Under the pieces are notes generated by a model that worked only from the letters and a program-made list of their open reading frames with translations, ran no database searches and was not told where the DNA came from. The position numbers were made by a program, and so were the translations under genes. Positions 27,715 to 37,740 of a stretch of DNA of 64,000 bases are shown here, one piece after another. This DNA is from a virus, in the IMG/VR virus record IMGVR_UViG_3300023184_005191, positions 3,651 to 67,650 of that record, one strand, 5' to 3'. Every line of letters starts with the position of its first letter. The stretch's first letter is position 1.

Positions 27715-28279
27715 ATATTAAAGGCCAAATTCTTTCAAAAACCCAAGGTAATAAACCATCACTATTATGAAATTCATATAATTGTTCCCACCATTCTAAT
27801 GGTTTAGAAATAATACATGATTTTAAAACTAGATATTGAGCTCCTTGAGAAAATATTAAATCATCATCATGTTCTATCCCTATTTGATTTAAAGTTTCTT
27901 TAATAGGTAACCCAGAATGATGTGGACCTCCATTTATATCACATTCTAAATAATATTTTTCTAAATGCTTATTCATTAAAAATGTAACTTTATTTTTAAT
28001 TTGATAAGTAGTTATATTTTTACTATTTAAATGGGATAAAATATCATTACAATGATCAAAAGGATTACCTTGAATAAAAGCTATTTCATCTGGTAGATTT
28101 GGGTAATTTTCTATTATATATCTTAAAAAGGTTTCAGATTCTCTTCCATTATTAGGAATAGAAGTAAAGGGGAAGTTTATATTGTTTTCACCTTTATTAT
28201 AAATAAGATAAGGAATTTTTAATTCATTAATCCAATCCAAATTTTCATTAAATCTAGATATAACTGCTAATCTTTTCAT
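27698..28279 (-). CDS. DUF3431-like protein
   Basis: SRFNENLDW, PNNGRESETFLRYIIENY, QGNPFDH, FERIW. Confidence 0.7.
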   Translation of the reverse strand: MKRLAVISRFNENLDWINELKIPYLIYNKGENNINFPFTSIPNNGRESETFLRYIIENYPNLPDEIAFIQGNPFDHCNDILSHLNSKNITTYQIKNKVTFLMNKHLEKYYLECDINGGPHHSGLPIKETLNQIGIEHDDDLIFSQGAQYLVLKSCIISKPLEWWEQLYEFHNSDGLLPWVFERIWPLIYAYEI

Positions 28280-29145
28280 ATTTTAGATAATATATAAGTT
28301 GCTAAATTTTTAGTTGTTAAATTATTTTTAGTATAATTAAATAATTCATCTAATATACTAAAATATTTTAATTCATCAAAATTATTTGTTAATTCTCTTC
28401 CTTCTAAAAGTAATTCTTTAGGGAAATTAGCTAATGTATTTTTAGGACAATCTTCTAAACCAACAAAATAAGGAATACAATAGTTTCCTAAAATTTCATA
28501 ATGTCTCATACAATCCCACCCTGCTTTTTTCATAGTAACCCCATAATAAGATTTTTGATAATCTTCATAATATGGTTGTTCTGATTTAAAAGCATAGGTT
28601 TCAGGTTGACCAGGGATACAAGTAGCATATTCTTGTGTTTTATTAGTATTTGGAATAGCTAATTTACTAGTTGGAATACCAAATGTAATAGGTAATAAGT
28701 TCTTATGTTCCTCTACTAACTCACGCTTAAAATATAAATGTTTATGATATAAAGGATCTAATTCAGTTTCATCATTCCCATCAATTAATATAACTTTATT
28801 TGTTGGATAATGTTGAGAAACTAAATCATAATAATCTTTACAGCGTTTAATAGCACCATAGATGATTAAATCATAGTATCTATCTTTAATTTTTTCCTCA
28901 ATATTGGTTCTATCAATATTATTGTCTCCAATTAACCAAAATGCAGTCATTCCACCCCACAAATGTTGAGATGGAATTTTACCTTCATATTCTTTATAAA
29001 GTGAAATTATTTGAGTACTATCAACAACATCATCACCAAACAATTCTCTTAAACCATAGAATACAAGATCATTTTGATAATCTGAAATAAATCCCCCACT
29101 TGCTTGAGCAATGCTATTGTAATTAGTTATGTAAAGAATTTTCAT
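28276..29145 (-). CDS. putative glycosyltransferase (GT-B-like)
   Basis: YFKREL, KKAGWDCMRHYEI...CIPYF; sugar-cluster context. Confidence 0.55.
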   Translation of the reverse strand: MKILYITNYNSIAQASGGFISDYQNDLVFYGLRELFGDDVVDSTQIISLYKEYEGKIPSQHLWGGMTAFWLIGDNNIDRTNIEEKIKDRYYDLIIYGAIKRCKDYYDLVSQHYPTNKVILIDGNDETELDPLYHKHLYFKRELVEEHKNLLPITFGIPTSKLAIPNTNKTQEYATCIPGQPETYAFKSEQPYYEDYQKSYYGVTMKKAGWDCMRHYEILGNYCIPYFVGLEDCPKNTLANFPKELLLEGRELTNNFDELKYFSILDELFNYTKNNLTTKNLATYILSKI

Positions 29146-29885
29146 CAGATAAATTTTTTAGGATTTTCATTGATGTATTCTATAAGTTTATTAGACCATT
29201 CTAACACTTCAATAGATCCGTGATGGTTCCAATTAATGTGTGGTCTACTTTCTTCAAAGGTTTGATCAAGTGGAGTATTTGTTATTTCTCCACCATCAGG
29301 CCTTTTATTTAGAATTGTTATATCAACCCATCTATTCAAATCTAAACCTTGATTTCTTATAGGACGCATAACATGTTCCCACCAATCATCTAACATTGGA
29401 TGACCTTGTAAAGCCCCCATATGTTTACAAAAATCATGTGGGATTGTTGGAAATGCATTATAACCTTCCCACCATTTATGAGTAACTCCATCTTTAATAG
29501 ATTCAATATGAATTGCAACTAAAAAATTTTTATCTTTATATGGAATATATAATTGTTCCCAACCTTCAGTTAACATTTCTACATCATCATTAAGACCTAA
29601 TAAAAATTCTGCTTCTGAAAGGGAGGATAAATTATTCATATGTTTATCTAAGGAACCATAGCCATTTTCTCTATCAGTAATTAATTCTTTAATTTTAACA
29701 GATGAAGTTTGTTTATATTGTTGAATAAAATCAATAGTTTCTTGATCATCTGTATCTATTTTTAATAAAATTTCAACTAAAGATTTATCTTGGGTTTTAG
29801 TATTTAAACTATCTAAACACTCTTTTAATAATTTTACTCTTTTGCGTGTTGGAATTAAAACACTAACTAACTTTTTATATCTCAT
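29145..29885 (-). CDS. glycosyltransferase family 2
   Basis: VSVLIPTRKR, LNDD; likely start ATG 29885. Confidence 0.75.
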   Translation of the reverse strand: MRYKKLVSVLIPTRKRVKLLKECLDSLNTKTQDKSLVEILLKIDTDDQETIDFIQQYKQTSSVKIKELITDRENGYGSLDKHMNNLSSLSEAEFLLGLNDDVEMLTEGWEQLYIPYKDKNFLVAIHIESIKDGVTHKWWEGYNAFPTIPHDFCKHMGALQGHPMLDDWWEHVMRPIRNQGLDLNRWVDITILNKRPDGGEITNTPLDQTFEESRPHINWNHHGSIEVLEWSNKLIEYINENPKKFI

Positions 29886-30522
29886 TATATAATTGGTTTT
29901 GTTTTTCTTGTTTCTCGATTGTTTTTGGATGATATAAAGCAAAATATTCTACATCAGGTAATGCTGTATATGTTTTAAAACCATCTAATCGCTCATGTAC
30001 TTTATTTACCCATCTAATTTCTGGGGTGTTTTTGCAAATACGTGATTGATAATCAGGCCAGTTAACCCATCCTGTGTCTGTTACATTCCACCCCCAATTT
30101 GCAATATGTTCAGGAGTTAAACCCTCTACTGTGTTTACTCTAGGAACTAGAAAAATATCCATTTCTGGGTTCATCTCTAATATCTCTGGTAAGGTTTGGA
30201 TTAGATCTTCTGATGGGATTTCATCTGCATCTATAAAAAATATATAATCTCCAGTGCAATATGGGATTACATGGTTTTTAAATGTAGCAAAATCATTGTT
30301 TAATGTTCTAAATGCAACTTGTAAACGAGCTTCTGAATGATGTTGCATGATAAATTCATGTACTAGTTCTTTCTCAGGGATTTTTTCATAGAAATCTGAT
30401 TTTTCTAAATCCATCAAAACCACTATTTGATCTTCTTCTCGTTTATGTTCTAAAAGAAAATTCACCAAACGTTTAATTTCCTCTACTTCATTACAGACTG
30501 TAATAGCATAAGATATTTTCAT
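29875..30522 (-). CDS. glycosyltransferase family 2
   Basis: ISYAITVCNE, FFIDADE, WPDYQSR, KVHE. Confidence 0.88.
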   Translation of the reverse strand: MKISYAITVCNEVEEIKRLVNFLLEHKREEDQIVVLMDLEKSDFYEKIPEKELVHEFIMQHHSEARLQVAFRTLNNDFATFKNHVIPYCTGDYIFFIDADEIPSEDLIQTLPEILEMNPEMDIFLVPRVNTVEGLTPEHIANWGWNVTDTGWVNWPDYQSRICKNTPEIRWVNKVHERLDGFKTYTALPDVEYFALYHPKTIEKQEKQNQLYNEI

Positions 30523-30584
30523 ATAACTTTTTTATTTGAACGGAATATATGAAGGAGCTTTTGCTCCTCCAAATATTCTTTTTT

Positions 30585-31001
30585 TTACTCTGGTAAAATA
30601 CCTATGAAACTTAATGCTTCAATATAGTCTCTTTCAGGGAAAACTACCATGTTAGCTAAGTCCATTTTCCATTTTCCATCCTCTTGGATAGCTTTTGCTG
30701 CTCCCCAACCCCAACTGTCTTTGTTAGGACCATATGCAAATACCATACCTTGTTCTTGAAGGTTAATGGTGTTTGGGATCCAAACAAGGTTTGTTTCAGG
30801 ATCTGTCCAAGCTAAATCTTTGTATAACTCAGGTAAGTCCGACATTTGTTGTTCATGAAATTCTTCTCCTTCTTTCATTAGAGAATTAGACCAGAACCCA
30901 CATGACAAACTCATGTAGGTTGTAACTTCTGGGTTTAATTGAGTTTCGATGCAAAGGTCTCCTCCACTTTTAGGACACATTATAATTTTTTCTGCTGTCA
31001 T
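30585..31001 (-). CDS. hypothetical protein
   Basis: intact ORF downstream of the GT4 genes. Confidence 0.65.
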   Translation of the reverse strand: MTAEKIIMCPKSGGDLCIETQLNPEVTTYMSLSCGFWSNSLMKEGEEFHEQQMSDLPELYKDLAWTDPETNLVWIPNTINLQEQGMVFAYGPNKDSWGWGAAKAIQEDGKWKMDLANMVVFPERDYIEALSFIGILPE

Positions 31002-31002
31002 T

Positions 31003-32298
31003 TTATTGCTCTATTTTGGTTAATTTTGGAAGCTCAATTTTTTTCAATTTAGGTAATTGTAATTGAATTTGTTTTGGAAATTCAGGTACTTTTACTGTTA
31101 GAATCTCATCTAGTTTTTCTTTCATTTTATCAAATGAAAAGTTTGTTCTTGAATGATATCCTTGACGTTTACCTTTATCTGTATAGTTTTTATAGTTCTC
31201 AAACATATCTTTTAAATAATATCCTAATTGAGAATAATCTACACTAAACCATTCAGCATCTGCTAACAACATATTATTTGCTACTGATGGGTGAATTTTG
31301 GTTAGATTACCTTTTAATAATGTAGTGAATTCTGGGTTTAAATAATCTGTATGTCCACTCCATCCTGTTGTAATGATTGGTTTGTTAGTTAAAGAGAATT
31401 CAAGTAATGGGCGACCAAATCCTTCTCCTTTAGTTAAGCTAACCATTGCTTTAACTTTTGGATGGTTATAGATTTCGTTCATTTCTGTATCCGAAAATTC
31501 ACCATGTAAAAGATAAATGTTTGGGAATTTAGATGCTTTAACTGTTGATTTAATTGCTTGAATACGTTTAATAATATCATTTCTGTCTGTATAAGATGAA
31601 CCTACAGTAGAAGTTTTTAAAATTAAAGCAGGTGGATTGTTTTTGTTTTTAAATATTTCATAAAATCCTTTAACAAGCAATGAAATATTTTTTCTATCCT
31701 CCCCTATTGGACCATTTCCAATCCAATGTCCTACAAATAAATAAGCAAAATTCTCTTTAATGTTAGGTAGCTCAAATGTTGATTTTACAGGTTTATATAC
31801 TTCTGTATTTGCACCCTCAAACAATACCTCACTATCTACATTCCATTCAATTTTTCCTACAATTTGTTGTGTGTTGTTATCTCTTTTTTCAAATTTAGAG
31901 TTTTTTAACACCTCAATTGAGTGCTTAGAGGAGCCCAAGATTAGGTTCATTTTATTGCATCCCTCAACCCATTCACCAGGTGCCAGTGTTGATTCAATTC
32001 CTGCGGTGATTCCAATGTTATATTTTCCAATTGGTTGGAATTCATTTGGAACTGTAATTTGACACCAAATATCTGGTTGAGCTGGCATCTGTGGGTTTTG
32101 TAAAATGTATTGATTTAAAAATTCCCATTCAGGGTTTGTATCAATAAAATTCATAGGTGTATTTCCCCATCGTTGTGGTAAGATTTTTACATCATACTTG
32201 TCCAATTCTATAAGGGCTTTAACTATATCTCGTGAGCGTGCTCCATATCCTGAATATGTTTGAATAGGGCAGGAGATTACAAATGTTGGTTTGTTCAT
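31003..32298 (-). CDS. glycosyltransferase family 4 (GT-B)
   Basis: SGYG, DRKNI, KGEGFGRPLLE, PIITTGWSGH. Confidence 0.85.
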   Translation of the reverse strand: MNKPTFVISCPIQTYSGYGARSRDIVKALIELDKYDVKILPQRWGNTPMNFIDTNPEWEFLNQYILQNPQMPAQPDIWCQITVPNEFQPIGKYNIGITAGIESTLAPGEWVEGCNKMNLILGSSKHSIEVLKNSKFEKRDNNTQQIVGKIEWNVDSEVLFEGANTEVYKPVKSTFELPNIKENFAYLFVGHWIGNGPIGEDRKNISLLVKGFYEIFKNKNNPPALILKTSTVGSSYTDRNDIIKRIQAIKSTVKASKFPNIYLLHGEFSDTEMNEIYNHPKVKAMVSLTKGEGFGRPLLEFSLTNKPIITTGWSGHTDYLNPEFTTLLKGNLTKIHPSVANNMLLADAEWFSVDYSQLGYYLKDMFENYKNYTDKGKRQGYHSRTNFSFDKMKEKLDEILTVKVPEFPKQIQLQLPKLKKIELPKLTKIEQ

Positions 32299-32303
32299 AT
32301 AAC

Positions 32304-32549
32304 TTATTTTAATTTAATTTCGGGAATGTGTTCTGTTGGGTAATGTAAAAATTCGTATTTATCTATTTCATCCTCATGTAAAGCTATTAATTCAGCAACA
32401 TCTTTATTAATTTTCATAAAAGCAAATAAAACTGTATCATCTGGTTTGATATCTTTTCCTGATAGATATGTTTTAATAGATACTTTATCTAAGGCTTCTT
32501 GTGTAACAATTTTGTTATTAGCAAGTTGGTGTGCAAAATGTTCTCTCAT
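32304..32549 (-). CDS. hypothetical protein
   Basis: intact ORF between the GT4 genes. Confidence 0.55.
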   Translation of the reverse strand: MREHFAHQLANNKIVTQEALDKVSIKTYLSGKDIKPDDTVLFAFMKINKDVAELIALHEDEIDKYEFLHYPTEHIPEIKLK

Positions 32550-32551
32550 GT

Positions 32552-33988
32552 TTAGTATAGTAATTCATGATTTAATTCATCTTCTTTTACATCGTTAACA
32601 TTGATGAACTCAAATTTTTCTCGTGGAATCCACGTGTTAAATAATTGATCTAGCGCGTTTATAACACGTTCTCCCATTATTTTTCCTGTAAAACCTGCTT
32701 CATTTAATGCCCATTCTCTTCCAGCTAAACCAAGTGCTTTACGCTCTTCTCTAATGTACATAGAATATAATTCTGTAATTCTTTCACATGCATCCTCTGG
32801 TCTACATCTATCATCCCAAATATATGGAGTAGTTGGAGAACCTTGAATTGAGCGGTTTGATGGATAAACTGGTAGAGCCCATTTCCCATGTTTTTTATAT
32901 TTACCTGTATGGTTAGAAGGTACTTTTTTAGATGGTGTAAACCATTCTCCAGATTCATCTGTAAAACGCATTTGATCTTGCATACCACCTGTTACATTAG
33001 CTATAATTGGAGTACCTGCTAGAATTGCTTCGGTTAGAGATAATCCCCATCCTTCATTTGAAGTTAATAGAATTTGAGCATCTGCTAAATTATACAACAT
33101 GTTTAATTCTTGTGGTGATAATCTACCTGTTGAAAAATGAATTGCATTTGGATAATCTTTAAACAATAATTTACGTACTGCCTCTAAATCTGTTCCATGT
33201 TCACTTACAACTTCTGTATGTAAAACAAATGCACATTTATCTGCTTTATCTTTTGGTAAAGTATCTAGAAAATATCTAAATGCAAGCATTGTGTCTGGAA
33301 TTTGTTTTCTTCGAATATTTCTAGAGTTAAAGAATAGAACAAAATCTTTTTCTTCACCTTGGAAAATATTCTTTTTAAACTCAGAGTAAATAGAATCATT
33401 CTCATCCAATGGTTTAAAAATATTCTCATTTAATCCATGAGGAACATATTCAATTACTTTATTTCCACGTTTATCTCCTAAAACCAACTCATTGATAAGT
33501 TTTGTTTGTTTAGAGATAGCTAACAAAGCATCACACGATTCATAAAATGCTTTATTGTAAAGTGGAGCTGGATAATCATCCCAAATGTTTAGATAAATGA
33601 TAGGACATTGTCTTCTAATTTCATTTTCCATTGCAAATAACCAATCAAAATATCTTGGATCTGTTATTAACATAATAGCATCCGGGTTCTCTAATTTGAT
33701 TAGTTGACGGATAATATCAGGGCTACCATATCCATCCACTGGGTATAAAAATACAGATGCATCCTCTAGACCTGCTGTTTGATTAGTATCTATAGATAAA
33801 TCAAAACGTTTACCTTTCTCTGGGTGGTTAATTGCTCCTGCAATGTTTACCCAATTGAAATGTTGAGCAGTATGGATAACGATTTCTCGTGCAACTGTGG
33901 CTACACCACTATGTACTCTTATATCATCACAGATAAGGAGTATTTTTTTACGCTCATTTTGTGGTTTATAACCAAATTGTTCTTTCAT
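32552..33988 (-). CDS. glycosyltransferase family 4 (GT-B)
   Basis: HSGVAT, RNIRRKQ, NEGWGLSLTEAILAGTPII. Confidence 0.88.
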   Translation of the reverse strand: MKEQFGYKPQNERKKILLICDDIRVHSGVATVAREIVIHTAQHFNWVNIAGAINHPEKGKRFDLSIDTNQTAGLEDASVFLYPVDGYGSPDIIRQLIKLENPDAIMLITDPRYFDWLFAMENEIRRQCPIIYLNIWDDYPAPLYNKAFYESCDALLAISKQTKLINELVLGDKRGNKVIEYVPHGLNENIFKPLDENDSIYSEFKKNIFQGEEKDFVLFFNSRNIRRKQIPDTMLAFRYFLDTLPKDKADKCAFVLHTEVVSEHGTDLEAVRKLLFKDYPNAIHFSTGRLSPQELNMLYNLADAQILLTSNEGWGLSLTEAILAGTPIIANVTGGMQDQMRFTDESGEWFTPSKKVPSNHTGKYKKHGKWALPVYPSNRSIQGSPTTPYIWDDRCRPEDACERITELYSMYIREERKALGLAGREWALNEAGFTGKIMGERVINALDQLFNTWIPREKFEFINVNDVKEDELNHELLY

Positions 33989-34037
33989 ATAACTTTATTT
34001 TTGTTTTAATATAATAACCTTTTTTTAATATTCCAAT

Positions 34038-34229
34038 CTATTTTGATTGAAAATCAATATTTGTGTTATGAATTGACTTACGAAATTCTGGGTCAGTGTT
34101 GTACAAATAAATTGCTCGTTCACTTAATTTTTGAAAGGAAAATTTCATTTTGATTGTGTTGATTCGAAATTCCTCAAATAGGTCTTTGTCTAACTTTACA
34201 CTAGTTAGCACTTGATTTTTTTCACTCAT
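34038..34229 (-). CDS. small ribbon-helix-helix-like DNA-binding protein
   Basis: LTSVKLDKDLFEEFR...SFQKLSERAIYLY pattern. Confidence 0.5.
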   Translation of the reverse strand: MSEKNQVLTSVKLDKDLFEEFRINTIKMKFSFQKLSERAIYLYNTDPEFRKSIHNTNIDFQSK

Positions 34230-34274
34230 ATTTTATATATTTTAATTTATGTTATATATAAATATATGTAGTTT

Positions 34275-35216
34275 CTAGAAGGTTGCAGGGCAATGAAATG
34301 TCTTATGAAAGACACACCATCTACAATTATCATTTTCTTTAGGTTGTAAATCTACTTTTTTAAATCCATTTGAATCAAATGCCTCTGTTATAAACTTATC
34401 CATACATTGAGTTGATTTGTTTATTTTAACTTTTCCTGATGGTGGGGAAAATGTTTGGATACGTTTAACGGGATATTCTGGATCCACTGGCATTTTTCTT
34501 TTAACTATAAAGAACTCTATTTTAATATTGTCAATTGGAAAATTGTATTGTTCAGAAAAATATTTTTTATATAAAATAAGTTGAAATTGTTTCAGTTCAT
34601 CTTTTTTCTGTTTATCATACCAACCTCCAGTGGATGTTTTTATATCATAAATTTTGATTGTATTGGTTGGTTCATGGTACATTACAATATCTAAATAACC
34701 TTGATATAAAACATTAGGTAATTTGATGTTTGGGGTAAGTGAGATTGGAATTTCACATCCAACTAAAAACCATCCGCGTTTGGAGAAATGTTTACCTTTG
34801 TTTTTGGAGAAATCTCTGATTATCTCTATTCCATCATCATAAAATTCTCTAAGTTCTTGAGGGGTAGAGAAATGTTGTTTTTTGTTTGCTATATATTGTT
34901 TTTTATATTCCTCGCTTAGTTTTTCTTGGAACAATTCAGATGTGTTGATTCTGTCTGCTACTGCTCCACTTTGTTCATACATTACTGTTAGATACTGTTG
35001 GATTACCTCGTGTAAGGCGCTACCAAATACAGTATGGATTGTTGAGTTGAATTGTTTCTGTCCTTCTTTATATTGGAGTGACCATTTTTTAGGACACTCT
35101 GTGTACATAGATAGTTGAGAATATGAGATAAGTTTTTGAGTGGACCAATCTATTTCTCTTTTAATTGTATTTCGAATATCCTTTACTACTTGAGGGACAT
35201 ATTTCTTTTTTGCCAT
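34275..35216 (-). CDS. PD-(D/E)XK exonuclease (Cas4/RecB-like)
   Basis: ISYSQL..Y..CP, FGSALH, E...GYLD...DIKTS, QLILY, CRWC...C; start moved to ATG 35216. Confidence 0.85.
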   Translation of the reverse strand: MAKKKYVPQVVKDIRNTIKREIDWSTQKLISYSQLSMYTECPKKWSLQYKEGQKQFNSTIHTVFGSALHEVIQQYLTVMYEQSGAVADRINTSELFQEKLSEEYKKQYIANKKQHFSTPQELREFYDDGIEIIRDFSKNKGKHFSKRGWFLVGCEIPISLTPNIKLPNVLYQGYLDIVMYHEPTNTIKIYDIKTSTGGWYDKQKKDELKQFQLILYKKYFSEQYNFPIDNIKIEFFIVKRKMPVDPEYPVKRIQTFSPPSGKVKINKSTQCMDKFITEAFDSNGFKKVDLQPKENDNCRWCVFHKTFHCPATF

Positions 35217-35252
35217 AACCTTAATATACAAAAACTTTTTTAATTTTCCAAA

Positions 35253-35314
35253 TAAGAAAAAGAAACCCCCACGATAGCGAACGTTGGGGGTTTCGCCGTT
35301 ACTGTTGGGTAACG
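35253..35314 (-). terminator. terminator preceded by a second hairpin
   Basis: CCGTTAC/GTAACGG hairpin, then GAAACCCC/GGGGTTTC stem plus T-run. Confidence 0.65.
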
Positions 35315-35324
35315 GTCCTAAATA

Positions 35325-36173
35325 TTATTTACTAGCGTGATATGCTTTGATAGCATCTTTAGCATCTTTTTCAGTATTGTATTTTTGTGGCCACATTTTA
35401 CCTGACTTTCCAGATAATACTCTCCACTTATCACCTACTTTTTTAACGTTAGATCCTTTAACTACATCTTCATTCATTTCTTCTGTCTCACCTCCAACTA
35501 GATCTTCATAGTTATCCATTGACAATACCTCACCTTCAGCGCTCATAGCAATTGCTTTTTCAGCTAAATCATGTAAATCCATATCAGTTGAAGCATCTTC
35601 TCTAGCGAATTCTAACATGCGAATAAATAAAGGAACATCCATTGTGATAGCATCAATTGGATTTTCTTCACCCATTTCTTCTACATCCATTTCTTCCTCA
35701 CCTTCAACCTCATTTATGTTACCCATATAATGATCAAAAGCTAATTCATAGTCTGATTTTTTACGTGTTGGGAATGGGTTGTTGATAGCTCCAATTCCAA
35801 CAAAATTTTCGTTTAACGATTCATTTAATTTTTTAGCTTCTTCTTCGCTATTAAACGGCCCAAATGGTTTGCCTGGGTTTTCAGCTTGAGTGTATTGGTA
35901 TCTATAGAATTTATTATCTGATCCTTTAGTAATAACATAATTTTCTCCTTTACTAGAAGCCATAATTTTTATTGGTTCTTTTCCAGTTGATTTTTTTAAA
36001 ACTGCTTTATTGGCGTTAGGAACATTATTCCATTTGTCTTCAAATGATGCTTTTGGAGATGATGAATTACCCATAGAAAATTGGTCCATATCAAATTCCA
36101 CTAATTTTTCTTTGTATTGACCTTCTGTAATTATACCTGAAAGCATTTGCATGCGTAGTGTTTCTTTATTCAT
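35325..36173 (-). CDS. acidic late protein with RMQxLxGIITE leader (putative internal virion protein)
   Basis: MNKETLRMQMLSGIITE; class II motif at 36186. Confidence 0.65.
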   Translation of the reverse strand: MNKETLRMQMLSGIITEGQYKEKLVEFDMDQFSMGNSSSPKASFEDKWNNVPNANKAVLKKSTGKEPIKIMASSKGENYVITKGSDNKFYRYQYTQAENPGKPFGPFNSEEEAKKLNESLNENFVGIGAINNPFPTRKKSDYELAFDHYMGNINEVEGEEEMDVEEMGEENPIDAITMDVPLFIRMLEFAREDASTDMDLHDLAEKAIAMSAEGEVLSMDNYEDLVGGETEEMNEDVVKGSNVKKVGDKWRVLSGKSGKMWPQKYNTEKDAKDAIKAYHASK

Positions 36174-36194
36174 TTTATAATTTTATTATAAATA

Positions 36195-36422
36195 TTATAT
36201 ATTTTTTACTTCACGCAATGTTTGAAGTGCTTTTTGCATGTATAGAATATCATCCAATTTTTCCTGGATAGAATGCTCTAGCCAATCCTCTAAAGATAGG
36301 TCTGTTCTATCTAAATCTGTTCCATATTTTTGTTTTCCGAATGTTGCTCTTTCAACAAATTTGTCAATAATTGAGTCAACAATTGAGTCTGTTTCTTTAA
36401 TAACTCTAAAACCTTTATCCAT
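36195..36422 (-). CDS. small MazG-like (all-alpha NTP pyrophosphohydrolase) protein
   Basis: KYGTDLDRTDL...WLEHSIQEKLDDILY. Confidence 0.5.
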   Translation of the reverse strand: MDKGFRVIKETDSIVDSIIDKFVERATFGKQKYGTDLDRTDLSLEDWLEHSIQEKLDDILYMQKALQTLREVKNI

Positions 36423-36853
36423 TATTTTAATAATTTTTTAATATCTTTTTCTTCTACCCCTAATTGATGTAGAACACCTGTTACTCCTGCGGGACGTAAA
36501 ATGTCAATATATTCATCGGCTTCCCCTAAACTACATTCAAAATATTTAGCTATATATTCAGCTAGTTCTAAATTGGTTTTACTTTTTTTCGAACCAATGT
36601 ATTTTAAAAACACTTTTCTTTTTGGAATCATCTGGAGGTAAATTGAATATATCTGTTTTTTATTATCGTATGGGATTTTTTGAATATAGTTGACTAATTC
36701 AATATAATCAGGACACATAGATACGTATTTATTGATCATAAAAGCATTAAATTGTTTCCATGATTCCTCCGAGATATTTTCAATAGGGGTTTTATAAAGG
36801 GTGATTTCATTCAACCACCCAAATAAATTAGCTATGTCTTTTTGTTTACTCAC
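36422..36853 (-). CDS. putative clamp loader small subunit (gp62-like)
   Basis: FNAFMINKYVS, IAKYFECS..EA..Y; near the RFC-like gene. Confidence 0.6.
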   Translation of the reverse strand: MSKQKDIANLFGWLNEITLYKTPIENISEESWKQFNAFMINKYVSMCPDYIELVNYIQKIPYDNKKQIYSIYLQMIPKRKVFLKYIGSKKSKTNLELAEYIAKYFECSLGEADEYIDILRPAGVTGVLHQLGVEEKDIKKLLK

Positions 36854-37089
36854 AGTGAAATATCTGTGTATTCTTCTCTAAGTTCTGGTGGTAAAGAATC
36901 TTTAATGATTTTTTTAGATTCTAAATCATAAAATACTGGGATTGGAATAAGAGCATCCTCTTGGGCTCCAATTATAAATTTGGAGATTTTGCGTAGGATA
37001 AACGCTTGTCCAAATAATTGACCTCCGTCAAAACCTTCAACAGCTGTAGTTGTTGTAAAGTCAATGTTTAATTCTGGTTGTTTTTGCAT
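36850..37089 (-). CDS. hypothetical protein
   Basis: intact ORF; promoter variant at 37116. Confidence 0.6.
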   Translation of the reverse strand: MQKQPELNIDFTTTTAVEGFDGGQLFGQAFILRKISKFIIGAQEDALIPIPVFYDLESKKIIKDSLPPELREEYTDISL

Positions 37090-37171
37090 ATAACTTGTTA
37101 TTTATTTTATAACTAAAGATACAAAAAAGCCTGTCGGTAGACAAGCTTTTCTATTAAGAGTTTCAATTTTC

Positions 37172-37486
37172 TTATTTTAAATATTCAGCTTCAGTATTGT
37201 ATTGTTTATCTTTTTCAAATACACCTTCTTGACCAGATTCACTGTTTTTGTATTTTGTATCTTGTACTGGGGTAATAATAAGTGTGCCATCATTTGATCG
37301 GCTTTTTCCTAAGAATTTAACTTTAACATCCATTCTTTTATTTCCAGTGCTATCTATTGGCATGCTAGCAGTATATATTTCACCTACTTTAAGATCTTCG
37401 TTTTCATTTAAAATAGCTATCATTTTTTTAGCTTGAGATTCAGTGATGATACCTGCTAATTGATTCATTCTTATTAATTCTTTCAT
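37172..37486 (-). CDS. late protein with RMxxLAGIITE leader
   Basis: MKELIRMNQLAGIITE; class II variant at 37509; terminator downstream. Confidence 0.65.
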   Translation of the reverse strand: MKELIRMNQLAGIITESQAKKMIAILNENEDLKVGEIYTASMPIDSTGNKRMDVKVKFLGKSRSNDGTLIITPVQDTKYKNSESGQEGVFEKDKQYNTEAEYLK

Positions 37487-37536
37487 TTTAGTTTTAGTTT
37501 TAGTTTTATTATACGTATTATAATTTTTTTATTTAT

Positions 37537-37740
37537 TTATTTATTTGTTTTTTCTTTTTTGTATTCGATAAAATCATGTATAAATCCTGCCGCCACTAGC
37601 AAATTCATACCAAAAGATGCTATTATCTCTGTTATATCTTGGTATACTGTTGACATTAAATGAATATGTCCTACCATCCAAAACGGAACTGCTAAATTTT
37701 GTGATATCCAAGATAGACTATACTTTAGGAAATATTTCAT
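37537..37740 (-). CDS. small membrane protein
   Basis: two hydrophobic segments. Confidence 0.55.
   Translation of the reverse strand: MKYFLKYSLSWISQNLAVPFWMVGHIHLMSTVYQDITEIIASFGMNLLVAAGFIHDFIEYKKEKTNK

Noticed and set aside
37486-37508. Short tandem repeat (ttttag)x3
   Set aside because: Too short and AT-rich; most likely slippage in an A-rich translation leader
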